Assembly (NCBI GenBank): GCA_944363035.1 | Contig: CALVTS010000001.1 | Location: 691 to 64,690, forward strand | Source of the DNA: an uncultured Clostridia bacterium | GTDB lineage: Bacteria > Bacillota > Clostridia > Christensenellales > CAG-917 | Reading direction: 5' to 3' | Length of the DNA stretch: 64,000 nt | Shown here: positions 17,328-26,326 of the stretch, one piece after another | Position numbering within the stretch: the first letter of the stretch is position 1 | Layout: every line of letters starts with the position of its first letter | Program-made: the position numbers and the translations under genes | Notes under the pieces: model-generated | Told to the model about the DNA's origin: nothing | Seen by the model: only the letters and a program-made list of their open reading frames with translations | The model's database searches: none

Positions 17328-17780
17328 TCATCCGGCGTTGAATTCCTTTTTTATCCTGTCCAGCCTGCGCGCCTCTTCGCGGCGTTTCAGGGTCTCGCGT
17401 TTGTCGTAAAGGTCCTTGCCCTTGCAAAGCCCGATCTCCAGCTTGACCAGACTGTCCTTGAAATATATCCTGAGGGGGACGACCGTGTACCCTTTCTGCT
17501 CCGTGCGCGCTTTGAGACGAAGTATCTCGCTCTTGTGCAAAAGCAGTTTGCGGGCGCGCAGAGGATCCACGTTGAAATAGCTCCCCTTCTCGTACGGCGA
17601 TATGTGCATCCCCGTGACAAAGGCTTCCCCGCTTTTCAGGGAGACGTAACTGTCGCGGAGATTGACCTTGCCGAGACGCACGGATTTCACCTCCGTGCCC
17701 ACGAGCTCGATGCCCGCCTCGTAAGTCTCCTCCACGAAATAATCGTGATATGCCTTTTTGTTTGTCGCAACGATCTTCAT
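17328..17780 (-). CDS. smpB: SsrA-binding protein SmpB
   Basis: 150 aa. NKKAYHDYFVEETYEAGIELVGTEVKS and RKLLLHKSEI are canonical SmpB. Confidence 0.92.
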   Translation of the reverse strand: MKIVATNKKAYHDYFVEETYEAGIELVGTEVKSVRLGKVNLRDSYVSLKSGEAFVTGMHISPYEKGSYFNVDPLRARKLLLHKSEILRLKARTEQKGYTVVPLRIYFKDSLVKLEIGLCKGKDLYDKRETLKRREEARRLDRIKKEFNAG

Positions 17781-17913
17781 TCCGCCTCACGCGCACACGC
17801 GCCTCATTTTTATATGATATAACTATTTCCGCATTATTTCAAGTTTATTTACGCGCGTATGCGCTACGCATATCCGCGCTCTCCGCTCCCCTCCCGCAAA
17901 ACGGGTCGGCGGA

Positions 17914-17944
17914 ATAAAAAAAGCGACCCCCGAAAGGGAGCCGC
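17914..17944 (-). terminator. Rho-independent terminator after the SecG-like gene
   Basis: The minus strand reads gcggctccc-tttc-gggggtcgc followed by ttttttt. Confidence 0.7.
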
Positions 17945-17960
17945 CTCTGATGACGTACTG

Positions 17961-18353
17961 TCATTCCCCGATGGGCCTACCCACCATACCGACCACAAAG
18001 CAGATGATGGAGCAGATAAGGATGAACGCGAAGAGGAAGAAAGTTATCTTTTTCAGCACGCTCTCCTTGCCCTTTTCCTTGTTCCTGCCGTAGTAGGTGT
18101 CGGAAGCTCCCGAGATGACTCCCACGTTGTCGTTGGTGCCCTTCTGCATCATGACAACGACTATTAGCGCGATGCCCGCCACCAACATCAGGATGACGAA
18201 CGCGAGAGCGACGTCCTGCCTGACGTCGTAATCTATTGCGCCCGCGGGACCGTTGTTGTCGGCGTCGGCGGACTCGTTGCACGCGGCGAGCACGACTCCG
18301 AGCACTGCGATGAGCGCGATGAGCGCGATGAGGATCATAAGTTTCTTTTTCAT
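17961..18353 (-). CDS. secG: SecG-like preprotein translocase subunit with an extra N-terminal lipobox/TM extension
   Basis: 130 aa. The core VALAFVILMLVAGIALIVVVMMQKGTNDNVGVISGAS...VLKKITFFLFAFILI matches the SecG pattern (TM, Gly-rich loop, TM). The N-terminus MKKKLMILIALIALIAVLGVVLAAC is an added lipoprotein-like signal. The position near smpB matches the Bacillus gene order. Confidence 0.55.
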   Translation of the reverse strand: MKKKLMILIALIALIAVLGVVLAACNESADADNNGPAGAIDYDVRQDVALAFVILMLVAGIALIVVVMMQKGTNDNVGVISGASDTYYGRNKEKGKESVLKKITFFLFAFILICSIICFVVGMVGRPIGE

Positions 18354-18537
18354 ATATCCGACCTCACAGAATGTGCGCGTGCGCGCACTCTTCCGTTCAT
18401 AAGCCAGTAGATTCTATCATAGAGGAAAATTTTTTGCAAGCGGATTGACGCATTTTCCCCAATAAGGCTCCGTTGCCCTCCCTTCGTCCTCACCCATCCG
18501 CCCTACTGTTCATATAATGAGGCACAAGGAGGAGACC

Positions 18538-19020
18538 ATGTCCGACGCTCTCTACGCTTCAGAACTCCCGTATCCCGAACTCGAATGCGCCGAAAACCTG
18601 GCGGACGCCAAACTGCTGATGCCGAGCTACGGCGGACCATCCGGGGAACTGACCGCCGTCGCCACCTACTGCTTCCAGAACTACGTCACGACGCGGCGAC
18701 GTGAGATAGCCGAGGCGCTCATGGGCATAGCGAGGACGGAGATGCGCCATCACGAGCTCCTGGGCAAGGCGATAGTGCGCCTGGGAGGATATCCCGTCAT
18801 GGGCGGGAGGACGTATTGGAGCGGCAGTTTCGTGAATTATACCCTGGACCCCAAAAAATTCCTGCGAGAAAACATATCCGCCGAGGAGACAGCCATACTC
18901 AACTACGAACGCACCGTGCTCGCTCTGCGCACGGAGTGCGTAAAGACGTTGCTGGAACGCATAATACTTGACGAGGAGATACACATCAAAGTGTTCAAGG
19001 AACTGCTCTCCGCCCTGTGA
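18538..19020 (+). CDS. CotJC-like / manganese-catalase (ferritin-like) family spore coat protein
   Basis: YPELECAENLADAKLLMPSYGGPSGELTAVATYCFQ and EMRHHELLG are CotJC-type motifs. I placed the start at MSDALY, which has RBS aaggagg. Confidence 0.7.
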   Translation: MSDALYASELPYPELECAENLADAKLLMPSYGGPSGELTAVATYCFQNYVTTRRREIAEALMGIARTEMRHHELLGKAIVRLGGYPVMGGRTYWSGSFVNYTLDPKKFLRENISAEETAILNYERTVLALRTECVKTLLERIILDEEIHIKVFKELLSAL

Positions 19021-19080
19021 GGAGGGCGCTCATACTGTCCCGCGGGAGGAGGACGTCACGTCCTCCTCCCGCGTTGAAAG

Positions 19081-19515
19081 TCAGCTTTTTTGCGCCGTCA
19101 CATAGTCGTGCACGGCGCCCAGAATGCTCTCGAAAATGTCGGCGGTGGCGTCGTATGCCGCCTGATCCCCGCCGTAGGGATCGGGCACGTCATGCCCGAG
19201 AAAAAGTGAAAGTGAGACTATGTTCGCAGAGGGATACGCCGCTTTCAGCTCGTCGCGCTGGGCGTCCGTCATCGTGAACACGAAATCGCTTGCCGCCTCC
19301 CTCTCGCCGAACACCTTGGATACCCCCTCCCCCGCAGAGAGCCCGCGTGCGGAGAGAGCGCACACCGTCTTGGGGTTTACGGGAGACCCTCCCCCCTTCA
19401 TGCCCGCGCTGTCCGTCTCGCAGGAAAACCCCACCTTGGCGGCGTAATCCGCAAACATCCTCGCCATCATGGGAGAACGGCAGGTATTCCCCGTGCACAC
19501 GAAAAGGAGCTTCAT
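19081..19515 (-). CDS. ywlE: Low-molecular-weight protein phosphatase (YwlE-type arginine/tyrosine phosphatase)
   Basis: MKLLFVCTGNTCRSPM contains the CX5R(S) P-loop, and DPYGG is present. It lies adjacent to the ywlC/tsaC homolog as in Bacillus and overlaps it by ATGA. Confidence 0.8.
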   Translation of the reverse strand: MKLLFVCTGNTCRSPMMARMFADYAAKVGFSCETDSAGMKGGGSPVNPKTVCALSARGLSAGEGVSKVFGEREAASDFVFTMTDAQRDELKAAYPSANIVSLSLFLGHDVPDPYGGDQAAYDATADIFESILGAVHDYVTAQKS

Positions 19516-20495
19516 ATCATCTTTCCTCCCACCGCTTTCATGACCCTGTTCATGACCGACGCGGCGCGTCCGCCTCCTTCGAGAGTCTGGACGATGATGA
19601 CGTCGTGATCCCTTTCGGCAAGGCGCAGAGCGGCGTAGACGGAGCGCATGAAATCCTCCACATCACCTCCGAGGGAGATGCGCTCGCGAGCCCCCAGCTC
19701 GGCGGCGTGGACATCATCGAAAAGCAGTACGGGGCGTCTGCCCTCTGCGGCGCATTTGTCGTAAAACTCCGCCGCGGACGCGGCGTCTCTTGCCGCATAC
19801 GCCTCCGCGTTCGGAGCGTAATGCTCATATTTCATCCCCGGCGATCTGGCGATGCCGATGACCTTGCCGCTCCCAGGGACTATCCCCAAAACGGGCGCGA
19901 GCATCTCGGCGGTCACCGCGCCGGGGCGCAGTATGACCGGCGTATCCGAAGTGAGGTCGAGGACGGTGGATTCTATACCCACGCGGCATTCTCCTCCGTC
20001 CAGGATGAGCGGCACTCTGCCCTCGAGATCGTCATAGACGTGCCTTGCCGAAGTGGGAGAGACGTGCTTGCTCCTGTTCGCCGACGGAGCGGCGAGAGGG
20101 AAGGAACGGGAGATGAGCTCCCTCGCAGTCTCGTTGTCGGGCATCCTGACCGCCACCGTGTCTCCACCCGCCGTCACGACGTAGGGGACGCGCTCGGACT
20201 TTTTGAGCACCACGGTGAGCGCGCCGGGCATGAACTTTTCCGCAAGACGATAATAGCCCTCCGGGATATCCCTTGCGACCTCCCTCGCCTGAGACGCATC
20301 GGAGATGTGCACGATGAGGGGATTGTCCTGCGGTCTGCCCTTTGCCTCGAATATCTTCAAGACTGCCTCGGCGTCATAGGCGTTTGCGCCCAGCCCGTAC
20401 ACCGTCTCGGTGGGAAATACGACCAATTCGCCGTTTTTTATGAGCGAAACGGCTTCATCAAGCCCATCTTTTGCATTTACAATGCGGGTGATCAT
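19512..20495 (-). CDS. tsaC: L-threonylcarbamoyladenylate synthase (Sua5/YwlC type)
   Basis: 327 aa, with FPTETVYGLGANAYDAEAVLKIFEAKGRPQDNPLIVH and a Sua5 C-terminal domain. Confidence 0.88.
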   Translation of the reverse strand: MITRIVNAKDGLDEAVSLIKNGELVVFPTETVYGLGANAYDAEAVLKIFEAKGRPQDNPLIVHISDASQAREVARDIPEGYYRLAEKFMPGALTVVLKKSERVPYVVTAGGDTVAVRMPDNETARELISRSFPLAAPSANRSKHVSPTSARHVYDDLEGRVPLILDGGECRVGIESTVLDLTSDTPVILRPGAVTAEMLAPVLGIVPGSGKVIGIARSPGMKYEHYAPNAEAYAARDAASAAEFYDKCAAEGRRPVLLFDDVHAAELGARERISLGGDVEDFMRSVYAALRLAERDHDVIIVQTLEGGGRAASVMNRVMKAVGGKMI

Positions 20496-22495
20496 GCGTT
20501 CTCACCGCCCTTTTTGCGGGCTTTCACCGCCTTGACGACACCGAATATCACCGCCGCCGCAACGAGAGTGCAACCCGCCGCGATGAGCCCCACCGCCCAG
20601 TCGGGAAGTCCCTCGGGCGCGGTATCCGCCGCCGTATCGCGGGAGGAGAAGAGGCGATATACGCAATAGTCCCCGTCCGCGTCCGCCCCCCACAGGAAGA
20701 CCAGGCTGTTGTCCGTGGAAGGAGAATACAGCGTGGCGGAAGAGAGCGCGGCTTCGATGACCACGTCGTTGCCGTAGTCGCCGCTCATGTTCTTGACCCC
20801 GAAGACGGTGACGTCATCCTTTTTCACGCCGTAGACATAGCAACCTCTCTGCACCACGGCTTCCCCGCTGCTGCTCTTGGCGATGTCCTCGAAGTGGCTC
20901 GTCGCGCCCTCTGCGAGAGGGGCTTCCTTGCCGTCTCTGCCGAGCAACACCGCTTTTTTCCCGTCCGACTTCACGGCATAGGTATAAAAGCTCCTGAAAG
21001 GCAGGATGGAGGAATATTCGAATGGGATCACTTCCTCCCCCGTATTTATGTCGTAGGCGCCGTAGACCGTCTTGCTCCCTGATGAAACGCCCGCGATGAG
21101 GATCCCGTTCTGCAAGGTGGCGCTGACGAACTCGCGACCTTTCTTTTCCATCACGAGATCGCCCTCGGCGTTGTACACCCTGACGGCGCTGGGATACACC
21201 CTGGAATAGTAATAGCCGTCCGAGCCCTGCATCATGAGGTCGTAGATGCTCACCTCGTCTCTCTCCTGCGCCCCCTCGGGAGAAATGCCGAAGTTGGTGG
21301 TGAGGGAGTAGACGATGTTGAGGTCCTCGTCAAGTATGAACTGGTCGTACTGAGCCTCCTTTTTGCTGTTGACCAAGAGCCCGAAGGAGGAATAGATGTA
21401 GCCGTCTTTCAGGAATGAGGAGGGAGCGACGACGGTGCCGTCGAGAGTCCTGTCCGTGGCGTAGTCGTAGCGCGAGCTGACGCAGCTCAGGAAGATATGG
21501 GCGGAAGAATACTGTTCCCTGTCCTCATCGTCGGGGAAGTAGAAATATCTTTCCGCGCGGTAGTACTCGCCGTCGTAGCTATAAGTGTAAGCGTCCGAGG
21601 ATGACACCGTCCACTCGGTGTGGACATAAAACTTCCCGCCACCGAGATAGAGGGATTCGGTGTAAAAGTCGTCATGGTCGGCGCGGTTGGTGAAACTGCC
21701 GAGATTGGGACAAGTGAGGACGTCACTCCCCTGCAAGGAGGCGGGTACGGTGTAGATGTATGTCTCAGACCCCGCCGAAGAGGAGGATATCTCCACGCTC
21801 AGGTATTTGCCGTCGAAACCGTAAACGCCGTTCAGTCCGCCGTCCTCTGTGCGCACGCTCCCGACCAGCTCCCCTGTGGAGATGCGGTATATCGCGGCGC
21901 GGTTGCGTCCGCCCGTGAAGAGGGGATCCGCGACGTGGGTCGAAGCCACCGCCACGAGCTCGCCGTCCAGGATGCGGATGGCGTCCGTCAGCGTGGCGCT
22001 CCCTATCTCGACGCCCGCAGAGCGGGTCTTAGCCGCGTTGACGCGCCAGTTGCCCTGTCTGTCCATGACCCCGACAAAGCCGGTACTGCTGTCTATGCGC
22101 ACCGCAAAATAGTCGCCGACGGCTTTGATGGCTTTCACGCCCACGCCGGGAGAGATGAGGAGGTCCTCCTCTGAGATGTGCTTGTCCTCTCCCTCGGGGA
22201 CGACCGCGACCGAAAGATCCCCCGCCTTGTTGACGACGATGAACGCGTTCATGCTCGCTATGTAGCCTATGTCGGAATCCGCGTGCGCCCCCGACTTTTG
22301 GGCGAGCACGCTCCACCCGTCGGGAAGCACGACGGAAAGCTCAGAGGAGTCTATCTCCGCCTGCGTCGCCGTATAGTTGCGATAGATGTCCGAAAAATCG
22401 GGCGTCGAGGTGTCGAATCTGTCGCAGCCGAACAGCGCGAACGCGAATACCGCCAAAAGCGCCGAGGCTATGATGATGAGTGCTTTCTTCTTCAT
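20492..22495 (-). CDS. Large lipoprotein with WG-repeat-like beta-propeller region and a C-terminal TM anchor
   Basis: I moved the start to MKKKALIIIASALLAVFAFALFGC (lipobox) at 22495, which overlaps the recO stop (ATGA). Repeats of the type G..GV.D..G..VIPFEY are present. The C-terminus is GLIAAGCTLVAAAVIFGVVKAVKARKK. Confidence 0.6.
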   Translation of the reverse strand: MKKKALIIIASALLAVFAFALFGCDRFDTSTPDFSDIYRNYTATQAEIDSSELSVVLPDGWSVLAQKSGAHADSDIGYIASMNAFIVVNKAGDLSVAVVPEGEDKHISEEDLLISPGVGVKAIKAVGDYFAVRIDSSTGFVGVMDRQGNWRVNAAKTRSAGVEIGSATLTDAIRILDGELVAVASTHVADPLFTGGRNRAAIYRISTGELVGSVRTEDGGLNGVYGFDGKYLSVEISSSSAGSETYIYTVPASLQGSDVLTCPNLGSFTNRADHDDFYTESLYLGGGKFYVHTEWTVSSSDAYTYSYDGEYYRAERYFYFPDDEDREQYSSAHIFLSCVSSRYDYATDRTLDGTVVAPSSFLKDGYIYSSFGLLVNSKKEAQYDQFILDEDLNIVYSLTTNFGISPEGAQERDEVSIYDLMMQGSDGYYYSRVYPSAVRVYNAEGDLVMEKKGREFVSATLQNGILIAGVSSGSKTVYGAYDINTGEEVIPFEYSSILPFRSFYTYAVKSDGKKAVLLGRDGKEAPLAEGATSHFEDIAKSSSGEAVVQRGCYVYGVKKDDVTVFGVKNMSGDYGNDVVIEAALSSATLYSPSTDNSLVFLWGADADGDYCVYRLFSSRDTAADTAPEGLPDWAVGLIAAGCTLVAAAVIFGVVKAVKARKKGGENA

Positions 22496-23187
22496 TCCCG
22501 CTCCTTGAAATAACTGCCGTCCGGACGCACGCCCAGCGTGCGGTAAAGAATGTCCGCAAGCAGTCTTTTTGCCCTTAGTTTTATGCCTTCGGGGAGCGTC
22601 CTGTCCTCCCCCGCTATATAAGCGCGCGTGAGAGCGTCCACTTTGATGCCGTCCCACGTCGCGCAATGCGCGCACACTATACCGCCGCTCTCAGAAAAGA
22701 CGGCGTCCCCGTCCAACACGGCGCCGCAATCCGCACACACCGAAAAGTCGAGCCCTATCCCTCCCTCTTTCAGAGCGGCGAGCATGAAGTCGCAGGCGGA
22801 AGCATATCCGTCCTTGCCCTCGTAGGCAAGCGCTTTGAGTTCCCTCACCGCCGCGAGGAAGAGCTCGGGCTGGGGCTCGGGAGAGAGTTTGGAGAGCAAT
22901 TCCAGGATCATGCAAGCGGAATAGAAGTTGTCGATATCCGCCGTGACGGGAGAAAAGGAATCGTACTGCACGCAGTCCGTGACTATGTATCTGTCCCCCT
23001 TTCCCGCGAGCATATACTCCCCGAAATTCATGGGTTCGGCGGCATAGCGGAGCTTGGCGCGGGGTTTGAGACATCCCCTCGCCGAAGCGGTGAGCCTCCC
23101 CTCTTCGAGGGAGACCAGAGTGAGCACCATGTCGGAATCCCTATACGGCACCGCCCTTGTCACTATCGCCTTGACCTTTTTGTCCAT
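22492..23187 (-). CDS. recO: DNA repair protein RecO
   Basis: 231 aa. It has an N-terminal OB-fold pattern (KAIVTRAVPYRDSDMVLTLVSLEEGRLTASARG) and the zinc motif CADCG...CAHC. Confidence 0.88.
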   Translation of the reverse strand: MDKKVKAIVTRAVPYRDSDMVLTLVSLEEGRLTASARGCLKPRAKLRYAAEPMNFGEYMLAGKGDRYIVTDCVQYDSFSPVTADIDNFYSACMILELLSKLSPEPQPELFLAAVRELKALAYEGKDGYASACDFMLAALKEGGIGLDFSVCADCGAVLDGDAVFSESGGIVCAHCATWDGIKVDALTRAYIAGEDRTLPEGIKLRAKRLLADILYRTLGVRPDGSYFKERE

Positions 23188-23278
23188 TCTCCTCCTCGCC
23201 GAGAGCTCGGTACGCGTTGTAAAATTCTATCCTTCCGCTCAGACGGAAGAGTTGCCACCAGTCATGCGTTCTCATCAT
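23141..23278 (-). CDS. yqzL: YqzL-family small protein
   Basis: 45 aa, MMRTHDWWQLFRLSGRIEFYNAYRALGEEE. This matches the YqzL pattern (W..F..tG.Ie.Y) and the conserved position between era and recO. It overlaps the recO start by 47 nt. Confidence 0.6.
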   Translation of the reverse strand: MMRTHDWWQLFRLSGRIEFYNAYRALGEEENGQKGQGDSDKGGAV

Positions 23279-23456
23279 GACGATAGTTTTTTTCCGCGCG
23301 CGGTTTCTATGCCGGACCGGAAGCACATCGTCACGTCCGCACATGGTTCCATGCCTCACCGGAAACGTATCGCTCTCGCTCGCGCGCCCGCGTCGATGTC
23401 GCTTATGCGACAAAACGCACGGTTTATCTGTTCGTTTGCCCGCATCAACGCCCGTT

Positions 23457-24353
23457 TCAGTCTTTAAGGTCTTTCACGTCATATCCCAGCTCGCGCATGA
23501 GATAGTCGGAATCACGCCATTCGTTCTTGACCCTGACATAGAGGGTGAGAAAGACTTTGCACCCCACTAGTTCCTCGATGTCCTCCCTCGCCGCGGTGGA
23601 TATCTTTTTCAGCGTCCCGCCCCCCTTTCCTATGACGATGGCTTTGTGGGACTGCTTTTCGCACACCACGTCCGCGTCGATATCGCAGATGGGTTTGTCC
23701 TTGCGGAACTCGAATTTGTTGATGTGCACTCCTATGCCGTAAGGCACCTCTTTGTCCAGAAGATACAGGGCTTTCTCGCGGATTATCTCCGCCGCCATGA
23801 AACGGAGGGTCCTGTCCGTATACATATCCTCGGGATACATCCGGTCTCCCTCGGGCAGGAATTTTTCCGCCTCGGCGAGGAGGGGTGCGAGATTCTCCCC
23901 CTTTTTGGCGGATATGGGCACGACCGCTTTCACGTCCTTGAAGGAATTCACCTTTTCCAGCACGGCGAAGAGGGTGTCGCGGGTGACCGCGTCCTCCTTG
24001 TTGACCGCGACCGCGACGTTGAGGGAGGCGGGTTTGGAGGAAAGGAACTCTTCGTCCTCTTCCCTGACCCCCTTTGCCGCGTCGACGACGTATATCACGC
24101 CGTCCACATCCTTCAAGCCGCTCGCGACGGACTTCATCATATAATTGCCCAGTTTGTTGCGCGCGCGGTGTATGCCCGGCGTGTCAATGAACACCATCTG
24201 CGCGTCCTCGGTGTTGACCACGCCGAGGATCTTGTTGCGCGTGGTCTGCGGACGCCAGGAAACTATGGCGACCTTCTCGCCCACGAGCGCGTTGATGAGC
24301 GTGGATTTGCCCGCGTTTGGCAATCCGGCTATGCAGATGAAACCCGATCTCAT
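23457..24353 (-). CDS. era: GTPase Era
   Basis: GFICIAGLPNAGKSTLINALVG, DTPG and a KH domain at the C-terminus. I chose the ATG at 24353, preceded by aaggag, over the TTG at 24392. Confidence 0.92.
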   Translation of the reverse strand: MRSGFICIAGLPNAGKSTLINALVGEKVAIVSWRPQTTRNKILGVVNTEDAQMVFIDTPGIHRARNKLGNYMMKSVASGLKDVDGVIYVVDAAKGVREEDEEFLSSKPASLNVAVAVNKEDAVTRDTLFAVLEKVNSFKDVKAVVPISAKKGENLAPLLAEAEKFLPEGDRMYPEDMYTDRTLRFMAAEIIREKALYLLDKEVPYGIGVHINKFEFRKDKPICDIDADVVCEKQSHKAIVIGKGGGTLKKISTAAREDIEELVGCKVFLTLYVRVKNEWRDSDYLMRELGYDVKDLKD

Positions 24354-24388
24354 ATTGAGCTTCTCCTTCTGTATCCCGAAAGGCTCCC

Positions 24389-24856
24389 TCAACGGGGGAG
24401 CCCCGCTTTTTTCATTATCCTGTCCGCAAGAGAGGTCATCTCCCTCTCCCCCTCTTCGGTCACATGGTCAAACCCGAGCAGGTGCAACAGCCCGTGGCAG
24501 GAGAGGAAACCGAGCTCCCTCTCGTAGGAGTGCCCGAAGTCCTCCGCCTGTTTGTGCGCGCGCTCGGAGGAGATCATGATGCTCCCCAGCGCGACTCGCT
24601 TGCCGTCGAACGCCTCGTCCGAGAAATCCGCCTCCGTCACGGGGAGGACGAGTCCGTCGAAATAGGGGAAGGAGAGGACGTCCGTCTCGGAGTCCACTCC
24701 CCTGGTCTCGCGGTTGAACTGACGCACCGTCTCGCCGTCCGTCACGGCGAGATCGACGGTGAAGATGTCCTGCTGTCCCAAAACGGCGTAGACCGCGCTC
24801 TCCACCCTTCTTATCAGTCTGCGCTCGAAAAAGCGCGCTCCTGTGAACTCTATCAT
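24389..24856 (-). CDS. ybeY: rRNA maturation endoribonuclease YbeY
   Basis: The zinc motif HGLLHLLGFDH is present. The start MIEFTG at 24856 overlaps the upstream stop (ATGA). Confidence 0.9.
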   Translation of the reverse strand: MIEFTGARFFERRLIRRVESAVYAVLGQQDIFTVDLAVTDGETVRQFNRETRGVDSETDVLSFPYFDGLVLPVTEADFSDEAFDGKRVALGSIMISSERAHKQAEDFGHSYERELGFLSCHGLLHLLGFDHVTEEGEREMTSLADRIMKKAGLPR

Positions 24857-26325
24857 GCCTTCTTCTTCTCGTAGGACACTCTGCCGTGCTGCACCTGGGG
24901 CAGAGTCTCTATGATGGTGGTCTTGATGGTCGCAAGATCCTGCATGGTGACGGGGCACTCGTCAAACTGACCGAGGGTGAGTTTTTCGTCCACGAGCTTG
25001 TTGACTCTCTCCTCGAAGCCCTCCCGCGTATCCGGCATATACGCGCGGCACGCCGCCTCCACGGTGTCCGCTATCATGACAATGGCGGCGATCTTGGTCT
25101 GCGGCTTGGGACCGGGATAGGTATAGTTGCTCACCGAAAGGTCTCCCTCCTCTTTGAGGTTGAGCGCCTTGCGGTAGAAATAGCTCACGGGCGAAGTGCC
25201 GTGGTGCTCCCTGCACACCGCGACTATCTCGGGAGGCAGGCGGTACTGCTTGGCGAGGATCTCGCCGAACACCGTATGCGAGGTTATCATGCTCACGCTC
25301 ACCTCGGGGATGAGCTCGTCATGAGGATTGTAAGTGGACTGGTTCTCCGAAAAGTAAACGGGGGCTTTGAGCTTGCCTATGTCGTGATAGTAAGCCGCCG
25401 CTCTCGCCATATGCGGATTTTCGCCTATCGCGCCCGCGCAAGCCTCGGCGAGATTCCCCACCACCAAAGAATGGTTGAATGTGCCGGGAGCCTCGCTCGC
25501 GAGACGTTTCAGAAGAGGCTGGTTGAGATTGGTGAGCTCGTTCAGTCTGAAATCGTCCGCGATGTTGAACACACCTTCCAAAATGGCGACTATGGGCATG
25601 AACACCAGGACCGCCGCCACCGACGCGCCGTAGGACCACAGCGCATTGTAAAGCAGATTGAGGTTGAACTCCCCCATCACGAGAGTGCCCGCGACCACCA
25701 CCAGCACGCCGAGAGCAGTCGCGCCGAGAGCCGCCAGGATGTAAGGGAGCCTCGCAAGGTGCTTGTTCACCAGCATGGTGACGGCGAGCGCCGCCGTGAA
25801 GTTGCCCACTATGCTGAGGATGACCTCGGGGAGGACGTTGTCGGGATAATATTCGCCGTGTATGAACACCACCGAAAGCATCGCCGCAAGCGTGAGCGAG
25901 ATGATGGTGGAAGTCTTGCGCTCCGAAAGCTCGGTGGTCACGAGAGAGGCAATGCACATGGGCAGGGCGAATACGTTCAAAAACCTGCTCGTAGTGAGGC
26001 AGGCGATGTATGTTATCGCCATCATCACGAATGCGAGGACGGTGTTGCGCACCGCAAATCTGCTCTCCTCGGCGGAAGAATGCGCCGAGGCGACCAGGAA
26101 CGCCACCAGCACCTCGTTGATGACAAAGACTCCCACAGTCGCCGCCGCGCGTTCGGCTGAGAACGCGTGATAAAAATCCCCCGTCATGTATATCGCAAAC
26201 AGCGTGAGCAGACCCGTCGCGACAAAACAGCCGGGATACACCTTGGCAAAATCCAGCGCGAGCCTGCGTCTGCGCGCCAGTTTTGCCTTTTCGGCAGTGG
26301 TCAAATACTCCGTTTTCTTTCTCAT
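24853..26325 (-). CDS. pgpH: 7TM-HD membrane phosphohydrolase (PgpH/YqfF family)
   Basis: Multiple TM helices are followed by an HD domain (AAYYHDIGK, HHG). The start at 26325 has RBS aaaggag. Confidence 0.85.
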   Translation of the reverse strand: MRKKTEYLTTAEKAKLARRRRLALDFAKVYPGCFVATGLLTLFAIYMTGDFYHAFSAERAAATVGVFVINEVLVAFLVASAHSSAEESRFAVRNTVLAFVMMAITYIACLTTSRFLNVFALPMCIASLVTTELSERKTSTIISLTLAAMLSVVFIHGEYYPDNVLPEVILSIVGNFTAALAVTMLVNKHLARLPYILAALGATALGVLVVVAGTLVMGEFNLNLLYNALWSYGASVAAVLVFMPIVAILEGVFNIADDFRLNELTNLNQPLLKRLASEAPGTFNHSLVVGNLAEACAGAIGENPHMARAAAYYHDIGKLKAPVYFSENQSTYNPHDELIPEVSVSMITSHTVFGEILAKQYRLPPEIVAVCREHHGTSPVSYFYRKALNLKEEGDLSVSNYTYPGPKPQTKIAAIVMIADTVEAACRAYMPDTREGFEERVNKLVDEKLTLGQFDECPVTMQDLATIKTTIIETLPQVQHGRVSYEKKKA

Positions 26326-26326
26326 A

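Noticed and set aside
17300-17960. tmRNA (ssrA) gene next to smpB
   Set aside because: The sequence downstream of smpB is immediately metY. I saw no tRNA-like 3' end (GGTTCGA..CCACCA) or tag-peptide frame in the flanks. The family X elements also lack these features and are multicopy.
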